Below, in pieces: positions 27,101-39,100 of a stretch of 64,000 nucleotides of DNA. The notes beneath the pieces were generated by a model. The model made no database searches. It saw only the letters and a list, made by a program, of their open reading frames with translations, and was not told the origin of the DNA. This DNA is from Yuukianura sp. NJ FZ-2021. Its lineage: Eukaryota. Location: assembly GCA_046563655.1 (NCBI GenBank), contig CM102285.1, positions 13,082,001 to 13,146,000 on the forward strand, given 5' to 3'. Each line of letters starts with the position of its first letter. Positions within the stretch are counted from its first letter, which is position 1. The translations under genes were made by a program, and so were the position numbers.

Positions 27101-30100
27101 GCCGAAGCTTCCACAGAACTCAATTTACAAATGCCATTACAACAAACGCAGGAATTCCCGCTCGATTCATCTCAGCCTACAACGTATACAAAAGCAGAGG
27201 AAAAAATAGTGAGTCAGTCGTTCACTTTACAAAAGCATTCAGCAGTTGGACAAACCGAGTGCCTTGAAGCTCCAGAAGATTTTGAAGGAAGTAAAATGCC
27301 TGGAGTTTTTGCAAAACCAGACACAAGTCCTCTGGAAGGTATCAAAGTCACCGAAGCCAGTACAAACGAACGTGAAGAAATTTTGGAAACCGACAAGTTT
27401 CCCGAAATGCAAAAGGCGCAAGACACTGAAATTGTGAAATTTCAACCTGTTGCAGAAACTACGTTGACGGTACCTACTGATCATGAAGAGACCTTGGACA
27501 CTCCGAATTTGGAAACAAAGAGCAAAGTTGTCACAGATGCAACGCATTCCCTCAAGGTCGAATCAACAATTGCCCAAGACTCGCTATCTGACCTAGATAC
27601 GCAACTTAATGCTACGAATGCCAAAGTTACAACAGAAGCCATTGAGCCTCTGAGTTCCACTGAAGTTCGCCCAGTTGACCATGAAAAAGAACTGGAGATT
27701 GAACAGCAAGGTCAACACTTTGCTACCCAAGCGTACAACGAAGCAATCCGGGTCGCACAATACGACGAAGCCGGAATTCGGGACGCTCTTGGCGACCTCA
27801 GTGACCTTAAACCATTCACAGCAAAATCCACTACAATTCCAACAATTACAACCGCAATGGACGAAGTGCAGCCACTTGAATGCGAGGGACCGTTCAAAAA
27901 AGGCGTCATGCCGGAAGGTCACAAAGGTCAAATTTCAATTTTGCCTGAACAGGAACTCACCGTGTCAGTAACCAAATCGGCATCAAAAGAAGGCTTATTC
28001 GAGAAAGAAGAAGCCGAAGCTTCACAAGCTGCAGTTGACTACGTTTCACAAAAACCGATACAAACAGTTATGCCAAATGTATTTGAAAAAGAAACTTTGC
28101 AAAAAGCAGAAGCTGGCCCGGCAGGAGTTCAAGCTCAGCTAGAATTTACAACTTTGAAGCCAATTGAGTCCGAGTCCACAGTGGCCAATGACATGCTAGG
28201 TCAACCTGTATCGTTCGAAGCTCCCACGGAAGTCAAAGCCAAAGGGCAAATTTGTCCAGTAACTCCAGTAACGCAAGAAGAGTCACAAGTACTTGAAAAC
28301 ACTGCTACTTTTACAAAAACACAGCAGCTGGAAGTAACAGCTCAGCAAGAATGGCTAACCCTACCGTCGGTGACTACAGCTGAAGTGAAAGCAGAACAAG
28401 ACGAGACTGAATTTGAAGCTCAAGCGGCAAAACATGAAATTCCTGTTGTAGAAACCGTGGAATGGCAAAGTCAACAAACTACAGAAACTACGACATGCGA
28501 CAGCGTTGACCAATACGCAGCTCCTGTAGTCGACACCAAAGCAGCTACAGTTGAACTTCAGCCACAACTAGGTCTTGAGAGCACCGAGCAACAACCTTGC
28601 TACTCTACGACCGACACCACTCCGGAGGAAGCCGATTCAAAATCGGCTGAGTCGAATTACATAACAAATGAAAGTCATTCGACCACTTTAGTCCAACCAA
28701 TGGAAACCGAGGAAGCCACAGATATGCAGTTGGCCAAACCACTTGTCGAATCTATTGCAAGCTTCACTTCTCATGAACCAATAGGAATCACCGAAACGAC
28801 TTTAGGTGAAGGCGAGACGCAGTTGGAAGTTGAAGCTCTTCCAGAATCACATTCTGCAACTCCAGAGTCAATTATTTTGTCCAAACCAACTGCAATGACA
28901 AATCAAGTTTTGGCGGGCACTGTAGCACCAACTTTTGAAACTGAAAAACTGATTGAAAGCAAAGGAAAACTAATTCCGAACACAACAAATGCAATCCTGG
29001 ACGTTGAAACAAAGTTGGTGCACGAGTCTGTTGGACCATTCGAAGAACAAGCTCCAGCTAGCCAATCAGCAACAAGTTCAAAAGATTTGAACAAAAGCTT
29101 AGTCACCACACAAGCGGAAGTACAAGACAAAGAATCCGATTTTCAAACGATGCCAACTGTGTTGTACAATGCATCTGAAGGCTTCTCTGCACCGAATCTT
29201 GTTCCAGAATCGTCAGAAGTCAACGCGCAACAATCTGTAAAGGACTTTGAAGAAGACGATTTACTAGTTGCCGCAAAATCTGAAACGATTCCTCAGTTTT
29301 CAGTCGAGGTCAACGAGGTCATCAGTACAGATTCCGAAAAAGTTTTTGAAGCTGAACAGGAAGCCGAGAGACAAGCAACGTCCAAATTTTTACCAATTGA
29401 GCCTGCGCTGACCTCTATTAACAAATCTGCCAGCTCTGAAACGATTTTTGAAAAAGCTGAAACTAAAACTGAAAATGCTGAAACTGCTTTTGTTCCACAA
29501 CGTCCACTCTCAAATGTCGTCACAGACACATCTGAAAAAGAAGGAATTTATTCTCCAGATCAAAAACCAAAAGGAATGCAAGCAGATTTCGAAATTTGCG
29601 CCTCTTCTGCAATGCAAACCGAAGCGCCTTTTACAAATGACGCCATTGGAAAAGACGTTACACCATTTTCGAAAACTGAGGCTGAAGCCGAGATGACACT
29701 AAATGACATTGACACTGTCCAGAATGAAGAAGCTGTGGTCCTTGAAGGATTTCAAGATTTTGAAAAATTGGCGCCAAATGGTGTCCAAGCCCAGTCTGAA
29801 TGGCTTACACTTTCGTCAGTTACAACTGAATCGACCAGTCCAAGTCAAAACGAAGAAGAGCTAACTGTTCTCGCACCGACATCGGCCCAGCCTTCCGTTG
29901 GACATGTCCCATTGTCATCAACACAAGTGCAAGAATCGGTGACCTTTGAAGGAGAAAGTCCATTTGAAGAAACACAATTGATAGGAAAACAAAGTACAAT
30001 CGGAGTCACAGAATGCCAGAGCATGACAACAGAAGGCGTTGTTGTATGTGATACGGCTGAGTCAGCTGAAACTGAGCTGAAGATGGAGTCGCAAACAGCT

Positions 30101-33100
30101 GACGAGCAACTCGTGACGAGCAAAGCTCATGACACCACATTGGTCCAAACACATGAAAAAGAAGAAGAAGCTGACATGAGTTTGCAGCCAACAATTGCCA
30201 CGTCCGCTCCAACTTTCCAACCGCTTGAAAGCGTTCAGCTTGCAGAAACAAATGCAGACGAAGCCGGTGGACTGTTCGTTCCTGAACAAGCTCCAGAAGC
30301 CCACTTTGCATCTCAGCATAAAACAGTTAACTTTAAACCAACTGCACTCAGCGACGAAGTTCTCACAGGCTCAGTTGCACCAGATTTTGAAACTGAAAAA
30401 CTACCAGAAGCCAAAGGAATTGTAATTCCGGATACTACAAATGCAATTCTGAGCGTTCAAACTAAAGTTGTACATGAGTCAGTTGGAGACTTCGGTAAAG
30501 CACTTCCAGCTGCACAAACAGCCACTTCACAATCAGCCCACGGTATAGAAAACGTAGAAATCGTTGGGCAGGACAAAGAAGCTCTTCTGGACGTAGCGCC
30601 ATCTACAAGTCAAACTGCAAGTGAAACATACTCGCTTCCAATTCTCGTTCCGGAATCTACCGAAGTAACTACAAGTGACCGTGCTGAAGAATATTCCGAA
30701 GATATTATTGCGTCAACTGCCGCCACAGTTGAAAAAGATACGCATGTGTCACTGCAAGTTTTTGAAACACAACCAACCGACTTCGAATCCGAAATGGAAG
30801 AAGAAGCCCAACGTCAAACACGAAATGCCCAAGTCAATCTGACACTAAACGAAGAACTTGTTGTTTCAATTAACAAATCAGCCAGTAAAGAAGACGTTTT
30901 TGAAGTAGCTGAACAAGCCGAGGCGAAAAAATTGGCGCCCTCTTTTGTCAGTTTGCTTCCGAGAGTTACCGAAGTCATTTCGGCTGACGAAAAAGAAGGA
31001 GAGTACCAACTTGGGCAATTGCGGGAAGGCTACACGGCTCAAGTCGACTTCACACAATCTATTCCCGCGCAAGTCAAAATCGAAACCGTCCAGAACTCAG
31101 TTGCCGAACTCAAGCCGTTCACTACAACTGAGTCGTCAGCTCAAAAATCGATTGACACAGTTGAACCAGTTTCTGTCACCGAAAGCAATGTACTTCAAGG
31201 TACTCAAGAATTTGAAAAGTTGGCGCCATCTAGCGACTCAGCTGAATCTGGCTGGACAGAACACAAAGCCCTGTTCACAACTGAAGTCACAAGTCACTCT
31301 CAAGAAAGTCAGCTGACCTTACAAAAACCAACAGAATTTAAACCACAAGTTGACACAGTAGAACTTAAATCAAATCAAACTTCAGAGGTCACTGCATTAG
31401 AAACCGAAGACACTTTAGAAGTCCACTCCAAAGCACCAGTTACAGGCAAAGCGAAGTTGGACGAAGTTGAAAGCCTGACAAAAGAGCGCCCTCTAGCTTA
31501 CGATTCAATTTCAGAGTTATCTCAGGATTGGCAGCCAACAAAAGTCCTAGCCCAGGAAGAGTATACTACAATGCAACATCATCAAACTACAGAAACGCTT
31601 ACCGCCGACTCCGAGGCTGACACAGACATGACCTTACTTGCCGCTCAAGGTCAAGCTGTATCATCCATTGGTCCAATGGACAGTGTCACCGTGGCGGAAG
31701 CCAACATAGCTGAATCTGAAGGCGGACTGCAAGACTTCGTTTCAAACGAGGTCAACGTATCACCAACTTCGATCATCACAACCAAGCCGACAGCAGTGAC
31801 AGGAGAAGTCGTACCGGAAGTTTCAACAGCTCCGTTTGAAACTGAGAAAGAAGCCGGTCACCAGGCAACGCTAAATATCAACGAAGTCAAAGTTCCCGGT
31901 GTTGAAACTCGAATGGTCCACGATGCTGCTAAACCATTTGACGAAAAAGTTCCTGAAACTCGAAATGCTACTGTTGGGTCAGAGGTGATTGAAGGTGTGG
32001 TCCAATCAGAAACGATTGCTCAAGAAAAAGAAGCCAAACTTGAGGAAGCTGAACAGCAGTCAGCATCAGCATCCAAAAGTATTTCAAAACCGAATATCGT
32101 ACCGGAAGTTAGCGAACTGATAGCAAACTCATCTCTGTCGCCACTTGAAGCTGACGAAACAGAAGAACAAACTGCTGCTGTTGGAGCTACACCTTACAAA
32201 TCCGTAGTCATAGAAGAAACTCAGGCTGAACAAAACGAAGAAACTTATGAAGCCACCGCGCCAACGGAACGGACAGCTCAAGTCGCAGTTTACCCCAACA
32301 AGGAAATTATTATTGAAATTAACAAATCGGCAAGTTCCGAAGATGTTTTTACCGAAAAAATACCAACAGTCGCTGCAACTGTAACTTTAAATGAAATGCA
32401 GTCAGTCGCTGAAATGACAGAAACTGTTCCATCAACTACTTCAAAATTGCTGGAAGTTGATAAAGCCAATGCCAAACAAGCCCATTCTGGATTCACTTTA
32501 CATGAGGGCCTAGAAGCTTCTGAAGAATTTGTCAACTTGTCAGAGGGATCAACGACCTGGCAAATTCCAACAACTGCTCAAGCATCCGAAATGCTGCTGG
32601 AGAACCAATCACTGGAAGGAATTTTGAACCAAATGCTGAATGATCAACTAGAGGAATTTGAAGAGTTCAAACCAACTGGGCTACAAGCTCATTTCAACCT
32701 GGAATTTCGTCCAATGCTTTCCAATTTATTGGAACAAGAAGTTCAAGAGGTCAAGGACATGAAGCCAACTCCTTCATTTGTTCATGTGGCGAAACAAAGC
32801 TACGAAGTGGAGACTGTTGATGATGAGGAAGAAATTCCAGCGGGAGATCACATTGGCATTAAGTCTAAGATTACACAACAATTTCATGACAAAGATGGAC
32901 AGGTTCGGGAGAGACAGGTCACGGTCATCAAATTTAGAAAAGATGATGTCAACGTGGACGTTGAAGAATGCGTTGAGGAAGAAGGGAAAGTCACTTTTGA
33001 AGAAATTATTGAAGAAGAGGAAGATGTCACATCACAAAAACACACAATTCACAAAATGAAAGACGGTATTTACACTGTGTCAAATTTACAAATTTTACAC

Positions 33101-36100
33101 AAAATTTTACATTTTTTTGAGTTTTACATGTTTTGGCATTGATTGTCCTGTTTTTGATTTTTTCTATAGTTTTGCTGGATTCAATTTTAGAATTCTCTGA
33201 CCAATTTTTTCAAATATTTTTTGAAACGTTTTTCAGATTTGGAAATAGCAGAAGAACTCGAAGTTGAAGCTCCAACCAAAGCCAAAGCCAAAGTCCAAAT
33301 TTCTCAGCGTCACCCGCTTGTCACTGAAGAGTCAATCGACATTTCGTCAGCCATTCCATTTGACGAAGATGTCAAAGCTTTATTCAAAGCCAGAGGAAGC
33401 CTTATACCAAATCAATCACTGGAAATTACAGAAGTTGGCAGTGAAGAGATGCCGGGAAAATACGATTCGTCATTCAAGCCCACATCTTTTGAAGCTTCCA
33501 GAACAATCATGTCAATGGACACTGTCGAAGTTTGTCAAGTTATTTCAACGCAAGAAGTAGAAGAACTTTCAGCTTCTGAGCAAAAGAAAGCACATTCCAA
33601 ACAAGCCTGGACAGATGAGACGGTCCATTCAATCCAAATTTTACAACCAATTACTTCTGAGAGCGTGACGGATTCGGCGGCACTTGACAAGGTCACGTCA
33701 GAAGCCAAGGTCAACGTCATTTCTCAAGAGAGTTTACAAGTTGAAGCTCCTGATACTGTCGATCAAGAGGAAGAATTCGAAGGAAAACCGACCAAGAAGC
33801 CATCATCGGCCGAAGTTGTCATCAGCGGCGAAGCTGTAGCTTCAAATGAGTCAACACAAGTAAACGAAAGTGAACGTCCATTTGAAAAACTAGAAGACCT
33901 GTCTACCATGGCATCTGAAAACATTCTCCCATTCGCAACACATCAAACTACATCAGTTGTCCAACAATACGAAAAAGAAGCTGACGAAGTGTCAAAGGTC
34001 AAGGAAACCAGTCAAGCACATACACTAATTTCCTCATTCCAAGATGCAATTGAAATTTGTCAGACAATTACAACCGAAACAGAAGAAAAATTCAGTTCAA
34101 AGGAGACTCAGAAAAAATCGGCAACAAAAACCGTTCCAGAATCGGAGTCAGTTGAAGTTAGTGAATCAATTGTACAAGGATCTACATTGGAATTTACCGA
34201 CAAAGTACCGTCGCTGACCGCAAAACAATCACCAAAGGACATTTCGACTTCACTTGTCATTGAACAAGCTGACCTCAACGAATCCATCGGAGAATTGGTC
34301 AAGAAAGCACTGGCTCTGAATGCGACAAGACGATTTAGCACTGTAGACGAATTAGTTACCCAAACATTGCAGACGTCAATTGACATTCAACCGATCCAGA
34401 AATTGCTCGAATCTGCCGAAGCTTCACTGAAAGTTGAGTTAGCCTCCGCCCTGAGCGTTCAAATTAGCCAAGCAAATCTGGATATCAAAAAAGTTGAAGA
34501 AGCTGTCCCAGAACAAGGCAAAGTTTCAGTCGTTCCAGCTCACAGCGTCACTGTTGAACAAGTTACATCCTCTGAAGAAGGAAAAGACATCGAGATGGCA
34601 AAGCAAGCAACTACTTGCACAGCAGAAGAAAAGGGAACGCTTGTTGAAGAAGTGACGATTACCAAAGAAGTTCCACTGGCAAGGGCAGCCCACGTTGAAG
34701 AAAAAATTCAGGAATCGAAAACAACAGAAATTGAACAAGAAAAAGTCGAAGAAGCCGTTGCTCAACCAAAAGAAATCGATACAAAGAAAATCAAAATAGA
34801 AAAACACAAGAAACTGGCACTTCCTAAACCTTCTGAAGAAGTCACTCCAGCTGAGTCTGTGGCTGAGCTAAAATCTGAAGAAGCCAAACCAATCGTAGCT
34901 GGTGAAAAAGTAGTCACAACGGTAGAAGTTGCTGTAACAAAAGAAACTATATTTGCCAGTCCTGCTGAAATATTCGAACAAGTTGAAGAAATTAGTAAAC
35001 TGGCGGCTGACCATCGCGAACCTTCCGTTGCCGAAGAGAAGCCGATCCCAATTGAAGAAAAATCAGTCAGCAAGGAAACAGTATTAGCTAGACCAGCCGA
35101 AGTCGAAGAAGATGTGCTGGAAGCCAAAGCAAGTGAAATCAAAACAGAACAACCGGAAGCTGTTGTCGCCGAGGAAAAGGAAGATGAAGTGAAGAAAGTC
35201 AAAGTGAAGAAAACTCGCAAGCTTGCTGCGCCGAAGCCATCTGAAGAAACTACCGCAGAAGAGGAAACTGGCGTACTGGCCGCTGCAGCTCGCAAACCGT
35301 CTATTGCCGAAGAGAAGTCGGTCCCAATTGAAGAAAAATTAGTCAGCAAGGAAACTGTTCTAGCTAGACCAGCCGAAGTAGAAGAAGAAGTCCTAGAAGC
35401 TAAAACGGGTGAAATTAAAGCAGAGAAACCTGAACCTAGCGTAGCTGAAGAAAAGGAAATCGAAGCACCTAAAGTCAAGGTCAAGAAGACGCGTAAACTG
35501 GCCCACCCTAAGCCTTCCGAGGAAGCTACTCCAGAAGAGGAAACAGGCATACTAGCCGCCGGCGTCCGCAAACCTTCAGTTGCCGAAGAGAAGTCAATTC
35601 CGATTGAAGAAAAGTCGGTTACGCAGGAAACTGTGCTAGCTAGACCATCTGAAGTTGAAGAAGAAGTGCTTGATTCAAAAGCAACTGAACTCAAACCGGA
35701 CAAACCGGAGCCTGGAGTAGCTGAAGAAAAAGAAATCGAAGCTCCAAAGGTCAAGGTCAAGAAAACGCGTAAGCTGGCCCATCCTAAGCCCTCCGAAGAA
35801 ACTACCCCGGATGAGGAAGCAGGCGTACTGGCCGCTGCCGATCGAAAACCTTCCGTTGCCGAAGAAAAGTCAATTCCAATTGAAGAAAAGTCGGTCGCAC
35901 AAGAAACTGTACTAGCCAGACCAGCTGAAACAGAAGAAGAAATCCAAGAAGGAAAACTTGGCGATATAAAAACTGAAAAAGTTGAACATGTTGTCGCAGA
36001 AGAAAAGGAAGATGAAGTTAAGAAAGTGAAAGTGAAGAAAACACGCAAACTTGGTCTTCCACAGCCTTCTGAAGAGATTGCTCCTGAAGAAGAAACCGGT

Positions 36101-39100
36101 GTACTGGCAGCCGACGCTCGCAAACCTTCAGTAGCTGAAGAAAAGTCGATTCCAATTGAAGAAAAATCGGTGAGCCAGGCCACCGTTTTGGCCAGATCAG
36201 CTGAAGAAGAGGAAGAAGTCCAAGAAGCAAAAGCTGGCGACATAAAAACTGAACAACCAGAGGCCGTCGTCGCTGAAGAAAAAGAAGTCGAAGCACCGAA
36301 AGTTAAGGTCAAGAAGACACGTAAGCTGGCTGTTCCAAAACCATCAGAAGAGGCTGTGCCGGAAGAGAAAGTCGACGTTTTGGCCGCTGGGGCTCGTAAG
36401 GCGTCAGTAGCTGAAGAGAAAACGATTCCCATTGAAGAGAAATCAGTTAGCCAGGAGACGGTACTGGCAAGACCAGCTGAAGTAGAAGAAGATTTTCATG
36501 AAGCCAAGGCAAGTGACCTGAAACCCGAAAAACATGAAGCTGCTGTAGCTGAAGAAAAAGAAGACGAAGTGAAGAAAGTCAAAGTGAAAAAGACGCGCAA
36601 GCTTGCCGCACCAAAGTCCTCTGAAGAAACTGCTCCGGTAGAAGAAACTTCTGAACTGGCAGCAGGTACTCGCAAAACTTCAGTTGCACAGGAGACTTCA
36701 GTCGCAGTTGAAGAGAAGCTGGTCAGCCAGGAGACGGTGCTTGCCAGACCAGCCGAAACCGAAGAAGATGTCCAGGAAGCCAAAGCAGCTGAAATTAAGT
36801 TAGAGCAACCTGTAGCTGCCGTAGCTGAAGAAAAAGAAATTGAAGCGCCAAAGGTCAAAGTCAAGAAGACACGTAAGCTTGCCCACCCCAAGCCAACAGA
36901 AGAAACGGCACCAGAAGAGGAGACTGGCGAACTAGCAGCTGGAGCACGCAAACCTTCCGTGGCAGAAGAGAAAACGATTCCGACTGAAGAAAAATCCATT
37001 AGCAAGGCGACTGTGCTAGCGAGACCAGCCGAAGTTGAAGAAGAAGTTGAGGAAGCTAAGGCTGGCGACATTAAAACTGACAAAGCGGAAGCTGTTGTCG
37101 CTGAGGAAAAGGAGGACGAGGTGAAGAAAGTGAAAGTAAAGAAAACACGCAAACTTGCACTTCCAAAACCATCTGAAGAAACTGCTCCCGAAGAAGAAAC
37201 TGGCGAATTGGCAGCTGAGAAGCGCAAGCCGTCTGTAGCTGAGGAGAAGCAGGTTCCAATTGAAGAAAAATTGGTGAAGCAAGAAACTGTGCTAGCTAGA
37301 CCAGCCGAGACGGAAGAACAAATTGAAGAAGCGAAGACTGCTGACATAAAAACAGAAAAACCGGAAGCTGTAACGGCAGAAGAAAAGGAGGATGAAGTGA
37401 AGAAAGTAAAAGTGAAGAAGACGCGGAAGCTTGCCGCCCCAAAGGTATCTGAAGAAGCTGCTCCTGTTGAAGAAGCAACGGAGTTGGCCCCTGAAAAACG
37501 CAAATTGTCCATTGCGGAGGAAAAAACTCTGCCAGTGGAAAGCACTTCAGCAGTTGAACAAACCGTGCTGGGTAGGCCGGCTGAAACAGTAGAAGAGATG
37601 CAGGAAGTCGTCGAATTTATACCGAAATATGAAAAACCAGACACTGCTGTTGAAAAAGAGGTTCCAGTATACGTCAAAGCTAAAGCAGGTAAACGCATAT
37701 CGTTTGCTGAAGGAACTCAGGCGCAACAGGAAACGCTTGTTGTTACTGACGAGGTGCTCTCAACAATCGATGATACTTCGACGCTCGAGTCAGATTTGAC
37801 AGAACTTGTAATTACCCAGCCGTCATTGGAAACTGCAACGGAATCAGAAGATACCAGAGATAGTGCAGTGGTAAGTCAACCAACTGTGGAATTGTCAAAA
37901 CCAGTAGAAGAGGAAGCTGTACAAGCAGCTATCAAATTAAAGCCAAAATTGCCACAACCAGAAGAGGAAGAAGCTGTACAAGCAGCTATCAAATTGAAGC
38001 CGAAATTGCCACAGCCAGAGGAGGAAGAAGCTGTACAAGCAGAAATTAAATTGAAGCCGAAATTGCCACAGCCAGAGGAGGAAGAAGCTGTACAAGCAGA
38101 AATTAAATTGAAGCCGAAATTGCCACAGCCAGAGGAGGAAGAAGCTGTACAAGCAGAAATTAAATTGAAGCCGAAATTGCCACAGCCAGAGGAGGAAGAA
38201 GCTGTACAAGCAGAAATTAAATTGAAGCCGAAATTGCCACAACCAGAAGAGGAAGAAGCTGTACAAGCAGAAATTAAATTGAAGCCGAAATTGCCACAAC
38301 CAGAAGAGGAAGAAGCTGTACAAGCAGAAATTAAATTGAAGCCGAAATTGCCACAGCCAGAGGAGGAAGAAGCTGTACAAGCAGAAATTAAATTGAAGCC
38401 GAAATTGCCACAGCCAGAGGAGGAAGAAGCTGTACAAGCAGAAATTAAATTGAAGCCGAAATTGCCACAGCCAGAGGAGGAAGAAGCTGTACAAGCAGAA
38501 ATTAAATTGAAGCCGAAATTGCCACAGCCAGAAGAGAAAGAAGCTGTACAAGCAGAAATTAAATTGAAGCCAAAATTGCCACAGCCAGAGGAGGAAGAAG
38601 CTGTACAAGCAACCATTCAAAGAAAGCCGTCATTGCCGAAACAGGAAGAGGAAGCTGCCGTTGAAGCAACAATTCAAAGGAAGCCTTCAGTTGCAAAAGA
38701 GGAAGAAGTGTCGGAAGCGGTCATTATTAAGAAAAAGACAAAGAAGGTTAAGGTGCCGGAAGAAGAGGCGGCACAGGAAGTGATTATAAAGAGGAAGCCG
38801 TCAATACAAAAACCAGAAGAGGAGGAAGCCGTACAAGCCACAATTCAAAGAAAGCCGTCAATACCTAAACCAGAGGAAGAAGAAGCCGTACAAGCCACAA
38901 TTCAAAGGAAGCCGTCAATACCTAAGCCGGTAGAAGAAGAAGCCGTGGAAGCCACTATTCAAAGGAAGCCTTCTGTAACCAAAGTGGAAGAAGTAGCTGA
39001 GGAAGTTGTCCTTAAGAAAAAGACAAAGAAAAAAGTGAAGTCGGAACAAGAAGACGTGACACAGGAAGTTGTTATAAAAAGAAAAGCTTCATTACCGAAA

